Shown: in pieces, positions 36,790 through 47,400 of the stretch | Layout of the letters: every line of letters starts with the position of its first letter | Numbering within the stretch: the stretch's first letter is position 1 | Virus record (IMG/VR): IMGVR_UViG_3300032261_000561 | Strand: one strand, 5' to 3' | Source of the DNA: a virus | DNA: 64,000 nt | The notes under the pieces: generated by a model | Databases searched by the model: none | Seen by the model: the letters and a program-made list of their open reading frames with translations, nothing else | Told to the model about the DNA's origin: nothing | Position numbers and translations under genes: made by a program

Positions 36790-37308
36790 TCAATCCCCCC
36801 GCACCAGCGGGGGCAGGTCCAGATCGTAGTGTGTCAGCACCGGCCAGTAGTCCACCCCGATCGACTCGAAGAAGCCTTGGGCGATCCCGGCCCGGTCGAT
36901 CAGCGCGATGATGGCCAGCACGCTGGCGCCCGCCTCGACGACCATGTCGTACACGTAGCGCACCGAGCCGCCGGTGGTGACCATGCCCGCCAGAATGATG
37001 GTGGCGTCCTGCTCGGTCAGATCACCGCCGGTGGTGGCGCCGTCGGTGACGCTGATCCATTTCATGCTCGTCATCGCCCGGCTCACCACCACATGACCCA
37101 GCATCTCGTCGTCGAAAGGGCACACGATCGCGGACGGGATCTCGGTGACATGCAGCTCGATCCACTCGGCCAGCACCAGGGCAGCGGTGCGCAGACGGCG
37201 CCCGGTGCACAGCAGATGGCGCAGATCCAGGTCGGCCCAGTCGGCGGTCTCGGGCCCAGCCACCTCGGTGCGGATCAGCTCGATCAGCGTGCTGCGGTGC
37301 TGGCTCAT
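36790..37308 (-). CDS. Degenerate orotate-phosphoribosyltransferase-like protein
   Basis: LDLR, IILAGMVTTGGSV, EAGA, LIDR motifs. Confidence 0.7.
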   Translation of the reverse strand: MSQHRSTLIELIRTEVAGPETADWADLDLRHLLCTGRRLRTAALVLAEWIELHVTEIPSAIVCPFDDEMLGHVVVSRAMTSMKWISVTDGATTGGDLTEQDATIILAGMVTTGGSVRYVYDMVVEAGASVLAIIALIDRAGIAQGFFESIGVDYWPVLTHYDLDLPPLVRGD

Positions 37309-37999
37309 GCCTTGATCAGCTCGGTCAGCAGCGCGTCGAGGACCGCGAACATATTGCCCAGGAGGAACCACTCCGACGCCGTCGAACCCTCCGGATCAGC
37401 CTGACGGGTAGCCTCCATGCCGTCCCGTAGATTGCGCTGCAGTGCGGCCAGCCGATCCTTGTCGACCATGGGCAGCTTTTCATCGTCGGCCATCACACCC
37501 CCGCCTTGATCCGGAAGCCGTATTGCGCGGCCGCAACGGCCCGCAGGGCGGTGAACTGACCGATGGCGGTGTCCAGGGCTGCCAGCACGTATCCGGCGTC
37601 GCACAGCCCGCCTGAAGACAGGTATTCGATCTCGTCACGGGCCAGCGCCATCCTGGTCAGCGCACTGCGGAACTTGGCTTCCTTGTCCCGGTTGGACATA
37701 TGCACGTAGGTCACGAGCACTCCTCGTGAATCAGCTCGTCGTCATCGGTGTAGCGCACCCGATCCCCTTCTTCGATCTCTTCACCGCATGCCTCACAGAT
37801 GCCGTGGTAACTGGCTTCAAAAACTCCGCTCATGGCATCTCCTTGTAGGGCACCTCAAATGTCGGACCGGACCACACCCAGACATCGCCGCTCTTCTCGA
37901 AGCCGTGCTGGCCGTCCCAGCTGTCGGAGCAGGTCTTCTTGCACACCGTCGGATAGGGACAGCGGAAGCGCGGGTTGACCGGACAGTTGTGACCCGCCA

Positions 38000-38368
38000 T
38001 CACGACTCCGCGTCGTCCTCCGCAGCCACCAATCCCAGCAGCTGGTCGGTGGTCAGGCCCAGCGCGTTGGCCAGCTTGGTGATGGTCTCCTCCTTGGGGT
38101 ATTTGTGCCCCAGCTCGATCTCGGAGAGATAGGGATAGGTCACCCCGCTGCGCTGGTGCAACACCATCCGGCCCATCGACTGCTTGGTGCGCTCGCGGAT
38201 CAGCACCCGGGCGAAGCGTGACGGGTTGAACTGATCGTGGCCGGTGTGCGTGGTGTCGTGCCGGTAGGACACCGCCGCCACCTTTACCTGAGCCGGGCGG
38301 TCCAGGTGGATGGTCAACTGCCGCTGGCAGTTCGGGCAGTCGACGTCGATGCTGACCTGGGTGCTCAT
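38000..38368 (-). CDS. XRE HTH regulator with N-terminal CxxC
   Basis: SGVTYPYLSEIELGHKYP...KLANALG; CPNC. Confidence 0.85.
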   Translation of the reverse strand: MSTQVSIDVDCPNCQRQLTIHLDRPAQVKVAAVSYRHDTTHTGHDQFNPSRFARVLIRERTKQSMGRMVLHQRSGVTYPYLSEIELGHKYPKEETITKLANALGLTTDQLLGLVAAEDDAES

Positions 38369-38670
38369 GACCCACTCTTTCGGAATGGAATCACCTTAGC
38401 CTCCATCGGCTCGTCCTCCTCGTCCTCGTCGTCATCTTCCCCGTCGTTGTCATCGTCATCGTCATCATCACCAGGGTGGTTGGCCTCCCACAGCGCGTAA
38501 CCATCGGGATCGCGGGACTCGAAGATCTTCAGCCCGATCTGCTCGACGACGTTGCACAGCTGGGTCAGCCATCTCTTCTCCTCGGACGTCACCTGCGGGC
38601 CCGGGACGAGGAAGTCGAGACGCATCCTCAGATAGGGGGTGTCGACGTCGAAGTCGTCGGTGTCACCCAT
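38365..38670 (-). CDS. Hypothetical protein with acidic tract
   Basis: Poly-D/E; C-terminal KVIPFR. Confidence 0.7.
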   Translation of the reverse strand: MGDTDDFDVDTPYLRMRLDFLVPGPQVTSEEKRWLTQLCNVVEQIGLKIFESRDPDGYALWEANHPGDDDDDDDNDGEDDDEDEEDEPMEAKVIPFRKSGS

Positions 38671-39448
38671 TGATCCGCCCCGCTTCCGCCTTTTCGCGGG
38701 CCTGCTGCTCCAACAGGTCCAGCTGCACGGCCATCGAGGTGGCCGCTGCCTGATCCCACTCGCGGACCACCGGCAAGCCCTCCACGTCGATCAGCGGCAC
38801 CGGGCAGGCGTCGAGGAACTCCTTGAAGTCCTCGTCACACCAGGGCGGCACCCAGGCACCGGACCGGCACACCGAGACGGCATCGAACACCATGTTCTTG
38901 GCGTCGAACTTGGCGCCGTCATCCTTGCGGGCGTCGCAGCCCCACCTCTTGGCCTCGGGCCGGTAGTGCTGCCCGGCTGCCTTATTCCAACGCGGGTAGC
39001 GCCAGTGCAGCTTGGAGCCCTTCAGGTAGTGCACGAACATCCAGTTCTCACAGGTGACCGTGTTGGTGCGGGCGAACTCGGCCAGCTGTTCTTTGGTCTC
39101 GATCCCGTACATGTCGTGATGGGCGTCGAACAGCCAGACGTGCTCGAACTCGCGCTCGTTCGCGGCGATGCCGGAGTACATGTTGGAGTCGCTGACCTCA
39201 CCCACCGCGTCCTCGGTGAAGGTGAATCGATCCCAGAACCCCTCCGGTACGTCCACCCCGGGCAGCGGATAGCCGTCTTTGAGGAAGCTGCCCGCGCGCA
39301 TCGGCCACACCACGTTGAGGAAGATGGCCTGGCTCTCCGAGTGGCCCCAGTCGAACTTCCAGAACCAGCGCTGATCCACGCTGGTGTCGGCGGCTTCCAG
39401 CGGATTCATGAAGAAAAAATCGAAATCCACAACCAGCAGGTTGCTCAT
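38663..39448 (-). CDS. Arginase/deacetylase-fold (UPF0489-like) metalloprotein
   Basis: VDFDFF, FDAHHD, CENW, CRSGAWVPPWCD. Confidence 0.65.
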   Translation of the reverse strand: MSNLLVVDFDFFFMNPLEAADTSVDQRWFWKFDWGHSESQAIFLNVVWPMRAGSFLKDGYPLPGVDVPEGFWDRFTFTEDAVGEVSDSNMYSGIAANEREFEHVWLFDAHHDMYGIETKEQLAEFARTNTVTCENWMFVHYLKGSKLHWRYPRWNKAAGQHYRPEAKRWGCDARKDDGAKFDAKNMVFDAVSVCRSGAWVPPWCDEDFKEFLDACPVPLIDVEGLPVVREWDQAAATSMAVQLDLLEQQAREKAEAGRING

Positions 39449-39629
39449 GTCGTCTCCCATTGCATCTGGCGGATGACGGGATCCAGCTGGGGCACGGTGA
39501 CCAGTAGCAGCTTCAGGACGCCCACCACCCCACCCTGCGCGAAGATCTCATCCTCGGCATAGGAACAGATCCCGCATACCGGCTCATCGTAGGGGCAAGC
39601 CCGCCGCACCAAAGGACAGTGCTCACCAC

Positions 39630-39977
39630 TCACGACTGACCTTCGACCGCATCGAGCACGGCGGCGCGCGCGGCCTCGGCCTTCTCCACGATAGTGATCC
39701 AGTCCTCGACGTGGATCACCTGGCAGCTGAGGAACGTCGGGTAGCCGTTGATCGCCCAATGCCCGGCCTTGCTCAGGTCTTCGACGATGTTGCCGATCTT
39801 GTCGACGTCAATGCCCGCCAGCCCGTCCAGGGCCACCGGCAGAAAGATGGAGGTCATCATCTCCGGCGGCGCCTGAGTGGCGACGAACAGACTGCCCCCC
39901 ACCAGTTTCAGGGCAATCTCTTTGATTTCGTCTTCGGTCAGATGCTCCGGTTCGCGGAGCTGTTCGGTGTGTGTCAT
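39630..39977 (-). CDS. Hypothetical protein, probably leaderless
   Basis: TACAAT 6 nt before ATG. Confidence 0.75.
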   Translation of the reverse strand: MTHTEQLREPEHLTEDEIKEIALKLVGGSLFVATQAPPEMMTSIFLPVALDGLAGIDVDKIGNIVEDLSKAGHWAINGYPTFLSCQVIHVEDWITIVEKAEAARAAVLDAVEGQS

Positions 39978-39982
39978 GACCT

Positions 39983-40013
39983 CATTGTAGCAAAGTTAGA
40001 GGAAGATTAGGGA
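39983..40013 (-). promoter_or_regulatory. SigA-like -10 with 11-bp direct repeats
   Basis: TACAAT (minus) next to AAAGTTAGAGG AAGATTAGGGA (plus). Confidence 0.6.
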
Positions 40014-40093
40014 AGCGACACACCGGGTTCGTCCCATTCCCCCACCAATCACCAGGAACTCGTCCTTACTCATGTAGGTCGGAATCAGCTGCA

Positions 40094-40417
40094 TCAGGCC
40101 ACCTCTTCGTAATGCCAGCTGTAGTTGTCGCCGTTCCATTCCAAGATGATCGCTTGCCAACCAGGTCCGCGCACCGGCTGCTCGTCGCCGTCGTAGCACT
40201 CCTCGGGGGCGTCCTCGGTCAGCCAGGGCATCTGCATGCATTGGCCTTGATCGGTCCAGCCGTCCCGACTGCCACACTCACACTGCTCGTACTGGGCGCG
40301 GATACAGCTATCGCAGGCCAACCGGCACGCCGCCCCCTCTGGGGCACGGCACTCGTACTCGGTGCGAACGTGGTCACCCGATCGAATCAAATGACGCACA
40401 TAATGGTCACTCATCAT
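40094..40417 (-). CDS. Cys-rich hypothetical protein
   Basis: C.APEGAACR..C motif. Confidence 0.7.
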   Translation of the reverse strand: MMSDHYVRHLIRSGDHVRTEYECRAPEGAACRLACDSCIRAQYEQCECGSRDGWTDQGQCMQMPWLTEDAPEECYDGDEQPVRGPGWQAIILEWNGDNYSWHYEEVA

Positions 40418-41466
40418 GCCCCGATCTCGTAGTCGCTGATGACCTCACCGGCGTCCTTGGAGCCCCGCACCTGCCAGCCCCACCAATAGGTGCCGACGTG
40501 CTTGCCCAGCAGCGGCGCCTCGGCGGTGAACGTCTTGAAATGCCCGCGCACCCGGTGCTGGCTCATCACGTACTCCTCGGCCGGGGACCGGCGGCGCCGA
40601 CCGTGGCGCAGTTCGCGACCGGCGGTACCGGGCAGCTCGATGGTGTGATAGCGGGTGATCGGCACCCGCTGGCGCTTCTCCCGGGTGCTGCGCGCAAAGA
40701 CGCTGCCCTGCTCGCGAGTGGTCACGTTGCGACAGTTGATCAAATTCAGCGCCAGCCACACCGGGTTGGCGTCCCCGATCTCCTTGGCGGCGTGCAGGGT
40801 CTCCTCGGGCACCTGGGACGTCGGGACCATGTCGGAGATGAAGTGATTGAACAGTCCGTCGGGGTTCAGCCCGATCTGGCGGGCGTAGGGCAGAAAGACC
40901 ACGCCGTCATTCGCGTCGAGGATGTACATGATCACCTGCACGGCGATCATCTCGCGGGCATCGGCGCGCAACTCGTCGCGCAGTGCCTTGAACGCATCCG
41001 CATCGCGGATCATGTCATCCAGGTTGGTCTCGGGGTTGCGCTTGAAGTACTTGGGATACATCTGGGCGAAGCCGGTGATCGAGCCGCGCAGCTGCTCCTC
41101 GTCGAGGTCGGCGGTGTTGATGGTGTCACTGATCACCAGGGCGCCGAACCGGGCCCTGGCTTCCATGTCCCACCACTTGCCGTGGATCAGCACCTTGTCG
41201 GGGACTTCCCACTCGCACCACATGGCGGGGTATGGCGGGCGCATCGGCCCGAAGTCGGAGTCCAGCCGGTAGTAGTCCTGCTTGCCCAGCCAGTACAGGT
41301 CGGCGGCCACCGACAGCTCGAAGAACGCCACCCGATCGCCCAGCAGGTGGGTGCGCACGTTGTCCTGGTTGACCATGTCCAGCCCGTGGCCATCCAGCGA
41401 GCGGATGGGGGCGCCCGACTTGAGCAGGTTGGCGATCGGGAATTTACCGGCGCTCAATCCGGCCAC
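40414..41466 (-). CDS. Hypothetical phage protein (HxVRGH family), paralog 1
   Basis: PYPAMWCEW; NCRNVTT; HRVRGHFK...WWGWQVRG. Confidence 0.8.
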   Translation of the reverse strand: MAGLSAGKFPIANLLKSGAPIRSLDGHGLDMVNQDNVRTHLLGDRVAFFELSVAADLYWLGKQDYYRLDSDFGPMRPPYPAMWCEWEVPDKVLIHGKWWDMEARARFGALVISDTINTADLDEEQLRGSITGFAQMYPKYFKRNPETNLDDMIRDADAFKALRDELRADAREMIAVQVIMYILDANDGVVFLPYARQIGLNPDGLFNHFISDMVPTSQVPEETLHAAKEIGDANPVWLALNLINCRNVTTREQGSVFARSTREKRQRVPITRYHTIELPGTAGRELRHGRRRRSPAEEYVMSQHRVRGHFKTFTAEAPLLGKHVGTYWWGWQVRGSKDAGEVISDYEIGA

Positions 41467-41774
41467 CTCCCTTCGTATCCGCCGTAGATGGGGTCCATGC
41501 GCCCGGTCAGCCGCCATACACGCCCGGTAAAGACGTAGTCAGGATCAGGATCGGGAGCGGGCGGCAGCTTGAGCAGCGTGCCGGTAACATCGACCTCGTC
41601 GCCCTCCTGTGCGTCGGCCGGTCGCTCGGGGAAGATCACCGTCCACCAGGGCGGCGGGTCAGCGAGGAAGGTGGCGTGAAAGTACACCACCGGGCAGTCG
41701 ATCATGATGTCGCCGTCCCAATAGATCTCCCAATGGGTCTCGTCGGTCTCGTAGCGAATGTCTCCCTGCATCAT
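41454..41774 (-). CDS. Hypothetical protein
   Basis: Coupled ORF. Confidence 0.7.
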   Translation of the reverse strand: MMQGDIRYETDETHWEIYWDGDIMIDCPVVYFHATFLADPPPWWTVIFPERPADAQEGDEVDVTGTLLKLPPAPDPDPDYVFTGRVWRLTGRMDPIYGGYEGRWPD

Positions 41775-42757
41775 GACTCATCTCCCCGTGCCAGCTCGTA
41801 GTCGGAGAAGATGACACCCTCGTTGATGTCGCCACGCTCCTGCCAGCCCCACCAGAATGTCCCAGCAAGCCTCCCGAACAGCAGCCCGGTGCCGAACTCG
41901 GGCCCGAAGTGTTTGTAGTGGCCTTTCACCTTGTGCAGCCGCATCGCGGCCTGATACGCCTCCCGGTCGCGGCGACTGATCCCGGTCAGCTTGGGCATGC
42001 CGGGCAGCTTGATGTGGTGGTATTCCACCGGCTTGGCGCCCGTCCGCTTGGCCCGACCACTGCGGCGCATCGGCACCACCCCCGCCTTCTCGGTGGTCAC
42101 GTTGCGGCAGTTCATCAGGTGCAGCGCCTGGCTGGCGGTGAACTCCGCAGTGCGCATCAGTTCCTGGGCCGTCGTGACCAGATCCGGCCGGTCGGCCAGG
42201 TTGTCGGGCACTTCGATCTGCGCGCTGTAGGTGTAGCGGCCGTTCTCGTCCAAGTACATGTCGTGCAGGATCTCGTCGAACAGCACCACGTCGGGGTGCT
42301 GGACCGGGTGCATGAACAGCGTCATCTGGATGCGGCTTGCCGCCATCTTCCTGCCGGATGCCGGGGCGTGTTCGTCGGGCTCGCACTCGGTCAGCATCAT
42401 CCCCTGGAAGATGTTGTTGTCGGACGGGTGCGCGGGATCCCACTCCATCCACATGTGCGGGTAGGGCATGCGCAGCGACCCGAAGTTCTCCTCACGGCGG
42501 CAGGCGATGCTATCGAAGCGGTCCCAGAAAAGGTCGTGGGCCAGCTGGACGTCGAACGGCACGCAGGCGGTGATTTCGCGCAGAAAGCTCAACCGGAGGT
42601 CTTCTTTCAGCGCGATCGACTCGTCCTGGTAAAGCCCCCACGGCGTGGTATACCCACCGAAGCCGTCGGCCTCGGTAGCCTCGTACAACGCGCGAGCCAG
42701 CGGCCAGATCTTGGCGCCGCCCATCAGCGCGCGCAACACCGGCATCGGAGCACTCAT
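41771..42757 (-). CDS. Hypothetical phage protein (HxVRGH family), paralog 2
   Basis: PYPHMWMEW; NCRNVTT; HKVKGHYK...WWGWQERG. Confidence 0.8.
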   Translation of the reverse strand: MSAPMPVLRALMGGAKIWPLARALYEATEADGFGGYTTPWGLYQDESIALKEDLRLSFLREITACVPFDVQLAHDLFWDRFDSIACRREENFGSLRMPYPHMWMEWDPAHPSDNNIFQGMMLTECEPDEHAPASGRKMAASRIQMTLFMHPVQHPDVVLFDEILHDMYLDENGRYTYSAQIEVPDNLADRPDLVTTAQELMRTAEFTASQALHLMNCRNVTTEKAGVVPMRRSGRAKRTGAKPVEYHHIKLPGMPKLTGISRRDREAYQAAMRLHKVKGHYKHFGPEFGTGLLFGRLAGTFWWGWQERGDINEGVIFSDYELARGDES

Positions 42758-43210
42758 AAGCCCACCAACTCTTCCAGCTTGCGCAGAAACCAGTCCCAGC
42801 CGTCCTCGTCGAGATCCGGCCGGTTGCAGCCCTCCCACAACGCGTGCTCGGTCGTCCACTTCCAGGGTTTCTCGAAGTAGTAGAGCAGGTCTTTAGCGGT
42901 GTCGAGATGGTCGGCACGCACCAGGACACCGCCGAACATCAGCACCGAATTCGGGTTGTGGAACCACTCCTCGTCGGTCATCAGTGCGCCTCCTCGTACT
43001 CGGTGGCGGCTTTGACGGCGTCGCGTTTGGTGGCGAACAGGAACTGCTTGGGATAGGCCGCGTCCACGCTCAGCGACCACTGCGTGCCGAAGCGCTCGAT
43101 GGCGTAGGTGTGATCCAGCTTGGCGAAGCCCCAGTAGGCCCTGGACCGATAGCGCCCGGCGCCCTCGCGGATGAACGGGATCTCTTTGGTCATGAAACCC
43201 GGCTTGTCGC

Positions 43211-43447
43211 TCATTGCTGCCCCCACTGACTGGGCGGGTAGGGGTTGTTGGGCGGCGCCGGGTAGTTGGTCGGCGGGTAGGCGGGCGGGTACGGGGCGCA
43301 GACCTGGTGGGTGGGGTCATACCAGTTGCCGGGGTCGCACGCGTTGGCGGGCGGCGCCAGCTGGACGCCCAGGATCACGCCCGAAGCCACCGCTGCCAAT
43401 AAGGCCAGCAGCGCCGAGACGCGCAAGGGGATATGAATGTGTGTCAT
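43211..43447 (-). CDS. Secreted Pro/Tyr-rich peptide
   Basis: Signal peptide; CDPGNWYDPTHQVC; YPP repeats; TACAAT 6 nt before ATG. Confidence 0.7.
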   Translation of the reverse strand: MTHIHIPLRVSALLALLAAVASGVILGVQLAPPANACDPGNWYDPTHQVCAPYPPAYPPTNYPAPPNNPYPPSQWGQQ

Positions 43448-43898
43448 GGGCCCATTGTAGCAAAAACTTACCCAGTAGGTTAACCCCTCAGAGCACCAGC
43501 ATCCCGATCGCGATGCCCATCGTCACCAGCAGCACGGCGATCAGAAACCAAATCAGGTCGTCGTCCACACTCACCCGTGCCACAGCAACCACAGCGCCAG
43601 CACGAGGAGAACCACCACCAGCAGACCCACGAACAGGTGGTGGTTCACACCTTTTATTGTCGATGTTCGCGCAGCAGCTCGCGCAGTTCTTCGGCACACG
43701 TGTCCATCGCGTGACACCAGGAGTCACCGCGCAGATAGACGTCGGCGGCCCCTTCCATCTCCCAGCGCTCGGCCAGCTGGTGCAGCGCGCTGACCATGGC
43801 CAGTGTCGAGACGGCGCGGGCGCTGGCCAGGTCGGCGGCCAGCCGTTGGATCTCGGCCTCGTCGTGGATCCAGGGCGGCCGCTCGTCGTCGTCGGCCA

Positions 43899-44021
43899 TC
43901 AGTGCGCAGGCTTATCGATGCAGGTGGCGTAGATCGGCGCCGCCCCGCTGGTCCCGCCAGAGTCGGCGCAGCCGGTTAAAAAAACCAGCATCGCCACCAG
44001 GGCCATGAGTAGCCGCCTCAT
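43899..44021 (-). CDS. 40-aa lipoprotein
   Basis: Lipobox LTGC. Confidence 0.55.
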   Translation of the reverse strand: MRRLLMALVAMLVFLTGCADSGGTSGAAPIYATCIDKPAH

Positions 44022-44032
44022 CGGTTGCCCCT

Positions 44033-44134
44033 TCAAATGCAGTGCGCGTAGACGGGATGCGCCGGGCTGTCCCCGGCCGCCGTGCACCCGGCGAGCAGGG
44101 CGACCGCCGCCATCAGGGCGGCCATCAGCCTCAT
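44033..44134 (-). CDS. 33-aa lipoprotein
   Basis: Lipobox LAGC. Confidence 0.55.
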   Translation of the reverse strand: MRLMAALMAAVALLAGCTAAGDSPAHPVYAHCI

Positions 44135-44436
44135 TATTCGGTATCGGGGACGAGCACGTCGTGCCGACGCGGGGAGCACACGCAGAAAGGCCGGTAATGC
44201 CGGTTCAGTTCCTCCTCGCTGCGCACCATCCGCACATCGACCCGTCGCACCGGGGGCCTGGCGCCCATGATCTCGGCGCAGTGCCCGCACGCGGTGTAGG
44301 CCAGGCCGGTGGCAAAACAGAGCGCTTCCACGCGCGGGCGCGCGTGCGCGCGCGTGGAAGGAACGGGATCCGGTGTCAGCACCGGAGTGGGGAAGTCCAG
44401 CTCGTCGAGGTCGAAGCGGTCGGCGGTTAACGTCAT
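44134..44436 (-). CDS. Zn-finger protein (RFDLDELDF N-terminus)
   Basis: CGHC and CVCS. Confidence 0.65.
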   Translation of the reverse strand: MTLTADRFDLDELDFPTPVLTPDPVPSTRAHARPRVEALCFATGLAYTACGHCAEIMGARPPVRRVDVRMVRSEEELNRHYRPFCVCSPRRHDVLVPDTE

Positions 44437-47400
44437 GGGTGCATCCTGCCACAGTTCTCATGCCTCGCCCACCGCCTTTCTCAGTCGGTCCAGGTAATCG
44501 TCGGGGATCAGCGCGGCGATGATCTTCATTTGCGCGCGGTTCACCGTGGTGCCGGTCTTGGCCTTCAGGTCAGCGATCAGCAGATCCAGCTCCTCGTCGG
44601 TGTGGTCAGCCATCGTCTTCCCAGTCGGGCATGCGAAAGCCGATGGAGGTGCGCGGGGGCAGTACATCCATGTGGATCTGATCCCCGCGCTCGGGGTGGA
44701 ACTCCGCGCCCACGATGCACCAGTGGTCCCTCCCCTCCTCGTCGGGACCCTCGTGGATCAGCTCGCAGTTCAGCACGCTGCCGTCACCCCGGCGGATCTG
44801 CACGCCTTCAGGACGAGCCATCAATACCGCTTCCCGTACCGGGCCAGGATGTCCTCGATCCCCTGCAGCCGCAGCTTCTCGGTCAGGCTCATCAGCTCGT
44901 CGTCCTTGAAACTCTCGACGTAGAGTGTGGCCACCGCCAGCAGCTGCTCGAAGTCATTAGCTGGCATCGAGACTTCGCCTGGGCGAGGATCGACACTTTC
45001 CGCAGGTCCCAGCGATTCGGCGATTTTCAGCGATTGTTTGCTGCACCAGTTCTGGATGGCCTCCCAGTGCTGGGCGGTCAGGCGCACGCAGCGCCATTCG
45101 GCTGCCGCCTTGCCCCCGAAGACGATCTTGACCCCGCCGTACTCGTCGGGCTCGATCACCTCGATGACCGGCCCGCATTCCCGGCTCACGTCAGGCACTC
45201 ATGATGTTCGATGACCTTGCCGCGTCCAGTTGATGTGGCAGCGGGCGCGGGTCCACCCCCAGGAAGGGCACGTAGTGGAAGTGCTGGTGCTCGCAGGACC
45301 AGTCCTGGCAGACCGTCCAGCAGCCCCCGACGTCGTCGGGGTGCACCCGCCACTGGCCGACCGAGACCGGGCCGCTCATCGCCTCGGCGCCCCGTGCCGG
45401 TCGGTCTCCGGTGGCAGCGTGTGCTGCTCGCGGGAGTCCACCGTTGTGGATCGGATGGCTTTCAGGTTGAACGTGGTGACCGTTGCCTGCAGGTCCTCGA
45501 TCCAGCGGGCAATCGGGCCGCAGTTGGTCGGATGGGCGGAGTTGAAGGTGGTTCGGTTGATCTCACGCAGCACATCGAGCCGCGCAAGAATCATCGCCGC
45601 CAGTTCATCAGCAGCGTCCATCATGCCTCCTTCTCGTGACCAGAATCTCCGAAGCCACTCCTCCTCGGTGATGGGCTTACCCGCCATGGGCTGTGTCCTT
45701 CATATGACGACAGGACTCGCAGTAGATGACCATCGACGTCACCCCGGCCGGGAGGGTGACGGGCAGGTACCGCTGACACTGGGCGCAGCGGACTTCTTTG
45801 GCCGGATAGCCCATCCAGACCAGCGGCTTGTTGAACTGTTTGGCCCAGTCGACGGGCTCCTTGTCGTACCACGGAATCCGGTCGATGGGCTCCTTGTCGT
45901 AGGTCAGATCACTCGGGTCAAAGCCCGTCGTGTCGTACAGCGACGCGCCCTGGTAGCCGCGTTCGGCTTCCTTAGCCAACTCGTCAATAGTTTTGCCGTA
46001 ACGGGCCTCGGCCTCGGCCACGTCCTCGGGGGTGGCCGCGATCACCGGCTGATGCTCACGGTCCAACTCCTCGGGGGTGTAGCGGGCATGATCACGGACA
46101 CGCTCGTGGTCGGCCTGGCACTCAAACAGCGTCATGCCGGGATGCCAGGGGCACTGCATATCGCCGATCTTCATGTCAGCCACTCCTTGCCCTCGGTACT
46201 CATGAAGAACTCCTTGGCGTAATTGCGGGCCTGAAACTCATTGACCTGAGCCACCTGGATCTGGCCGCCGAAGTCCTTCTCGTGCTCGGCGGCCCAGGCC
46301 AGGAAGGCCACGATCAGCTCGGTAGCTGACCCGGGCCCCACCGACCTGCGGCGTTACCCGGTGGGTAACTGTCCAGCTGGGCGTTTGCCGACACTTGTCA
46401 CAGCCCGAAGTTTTGCTGCAGCATGACCCGCCGTCGTAGTCAGCCAGCTCGACGTCGAGGAAGACGGGCTCAACCATGCTCTACCTCCCTGTCGGGCAGA
46501 TCTTAGTCATCGGGCGTGTCTCCTATTCCTCGGGAATGCGTACCTGCACCGTTTCGGCGGCTTTATCCAGGTCTTCGGGCGTCATGGTGAACACGCTGCG
46601 CGCCGCGTGGCTGGCCGCCGTCATGTCTTTGAGCAGCGTCATGAACACCTGGTTGACCGCGACCCGGGCCAGCTCGCTGGGATCCAGCTGGTCGAGGATG
46701 ATCGCCACGGCCGAGTCTTCTAGGACCAGCTCCCCGTAGAGGCGCCGATGGTTGGCGATGATCTGCACCCGCATCGCGCGGCGCAACGCGTTCTCCACGT
46801 CCGCGATCAGCGCCAGCCGGTCGCCGGTGTCCTCGAACTCCACCTGCGGATCACTCATGAGAAGCCCACCACGCCGGTGATCCTGCTGGCGTCGATGTCC
46901 TCGTCCAGCCCAGCTGCTCGATAGGTCACTTTATGCACCTCGTGCACCCGGCGGTTCAAATCCCCACCGACGCGGGCCTCGGTGATGGTGTAGCGCTTGG
47001 TGTCATCCCCGTCCAGGACAACCACCTCTCCCGGCTCAAGCATTGATGGGTTCTTTCTTGTCGAGCAGATTGACCGGCGGCTCGGGATAGGGCTGCTCGG
47101 CTTCGGCGATGAGGCGCATCAGCGCGTGCAGCGCCTCCATCGGGGTGTGCCCGTTCCCGGCCTTCTCGAACAGCGGGATGGCCCGGTAGGCGACGAAGTC
47201 CACACCTTCCCCGCCTTCGATGACGTATCTCATACTTTCACCTTCGGGCATCCTTGCAGGTGGGAGCGTAGCGGCCACTGCTTGTAGCGAGTCGGCCAGC
47301 CACAGATTGAGCACGGGGTGTGCAGGTGGTGATCGGGGTAGATCTCCATCCAGCCCGACCTCATCGCATTCTCGCCATCATGTCCACGGCTATCATCACC

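Noticed and set aside
38410-38470. (GAY)n low-complexity repeat
   Set aside because: Encodes the poly-Asp/Glu tract of a protein
45845-45905. Short repeat GGCTCCTTGTCGTA x2
   Set aside because: In-frame internal duplication (YDKEP) with no further structure
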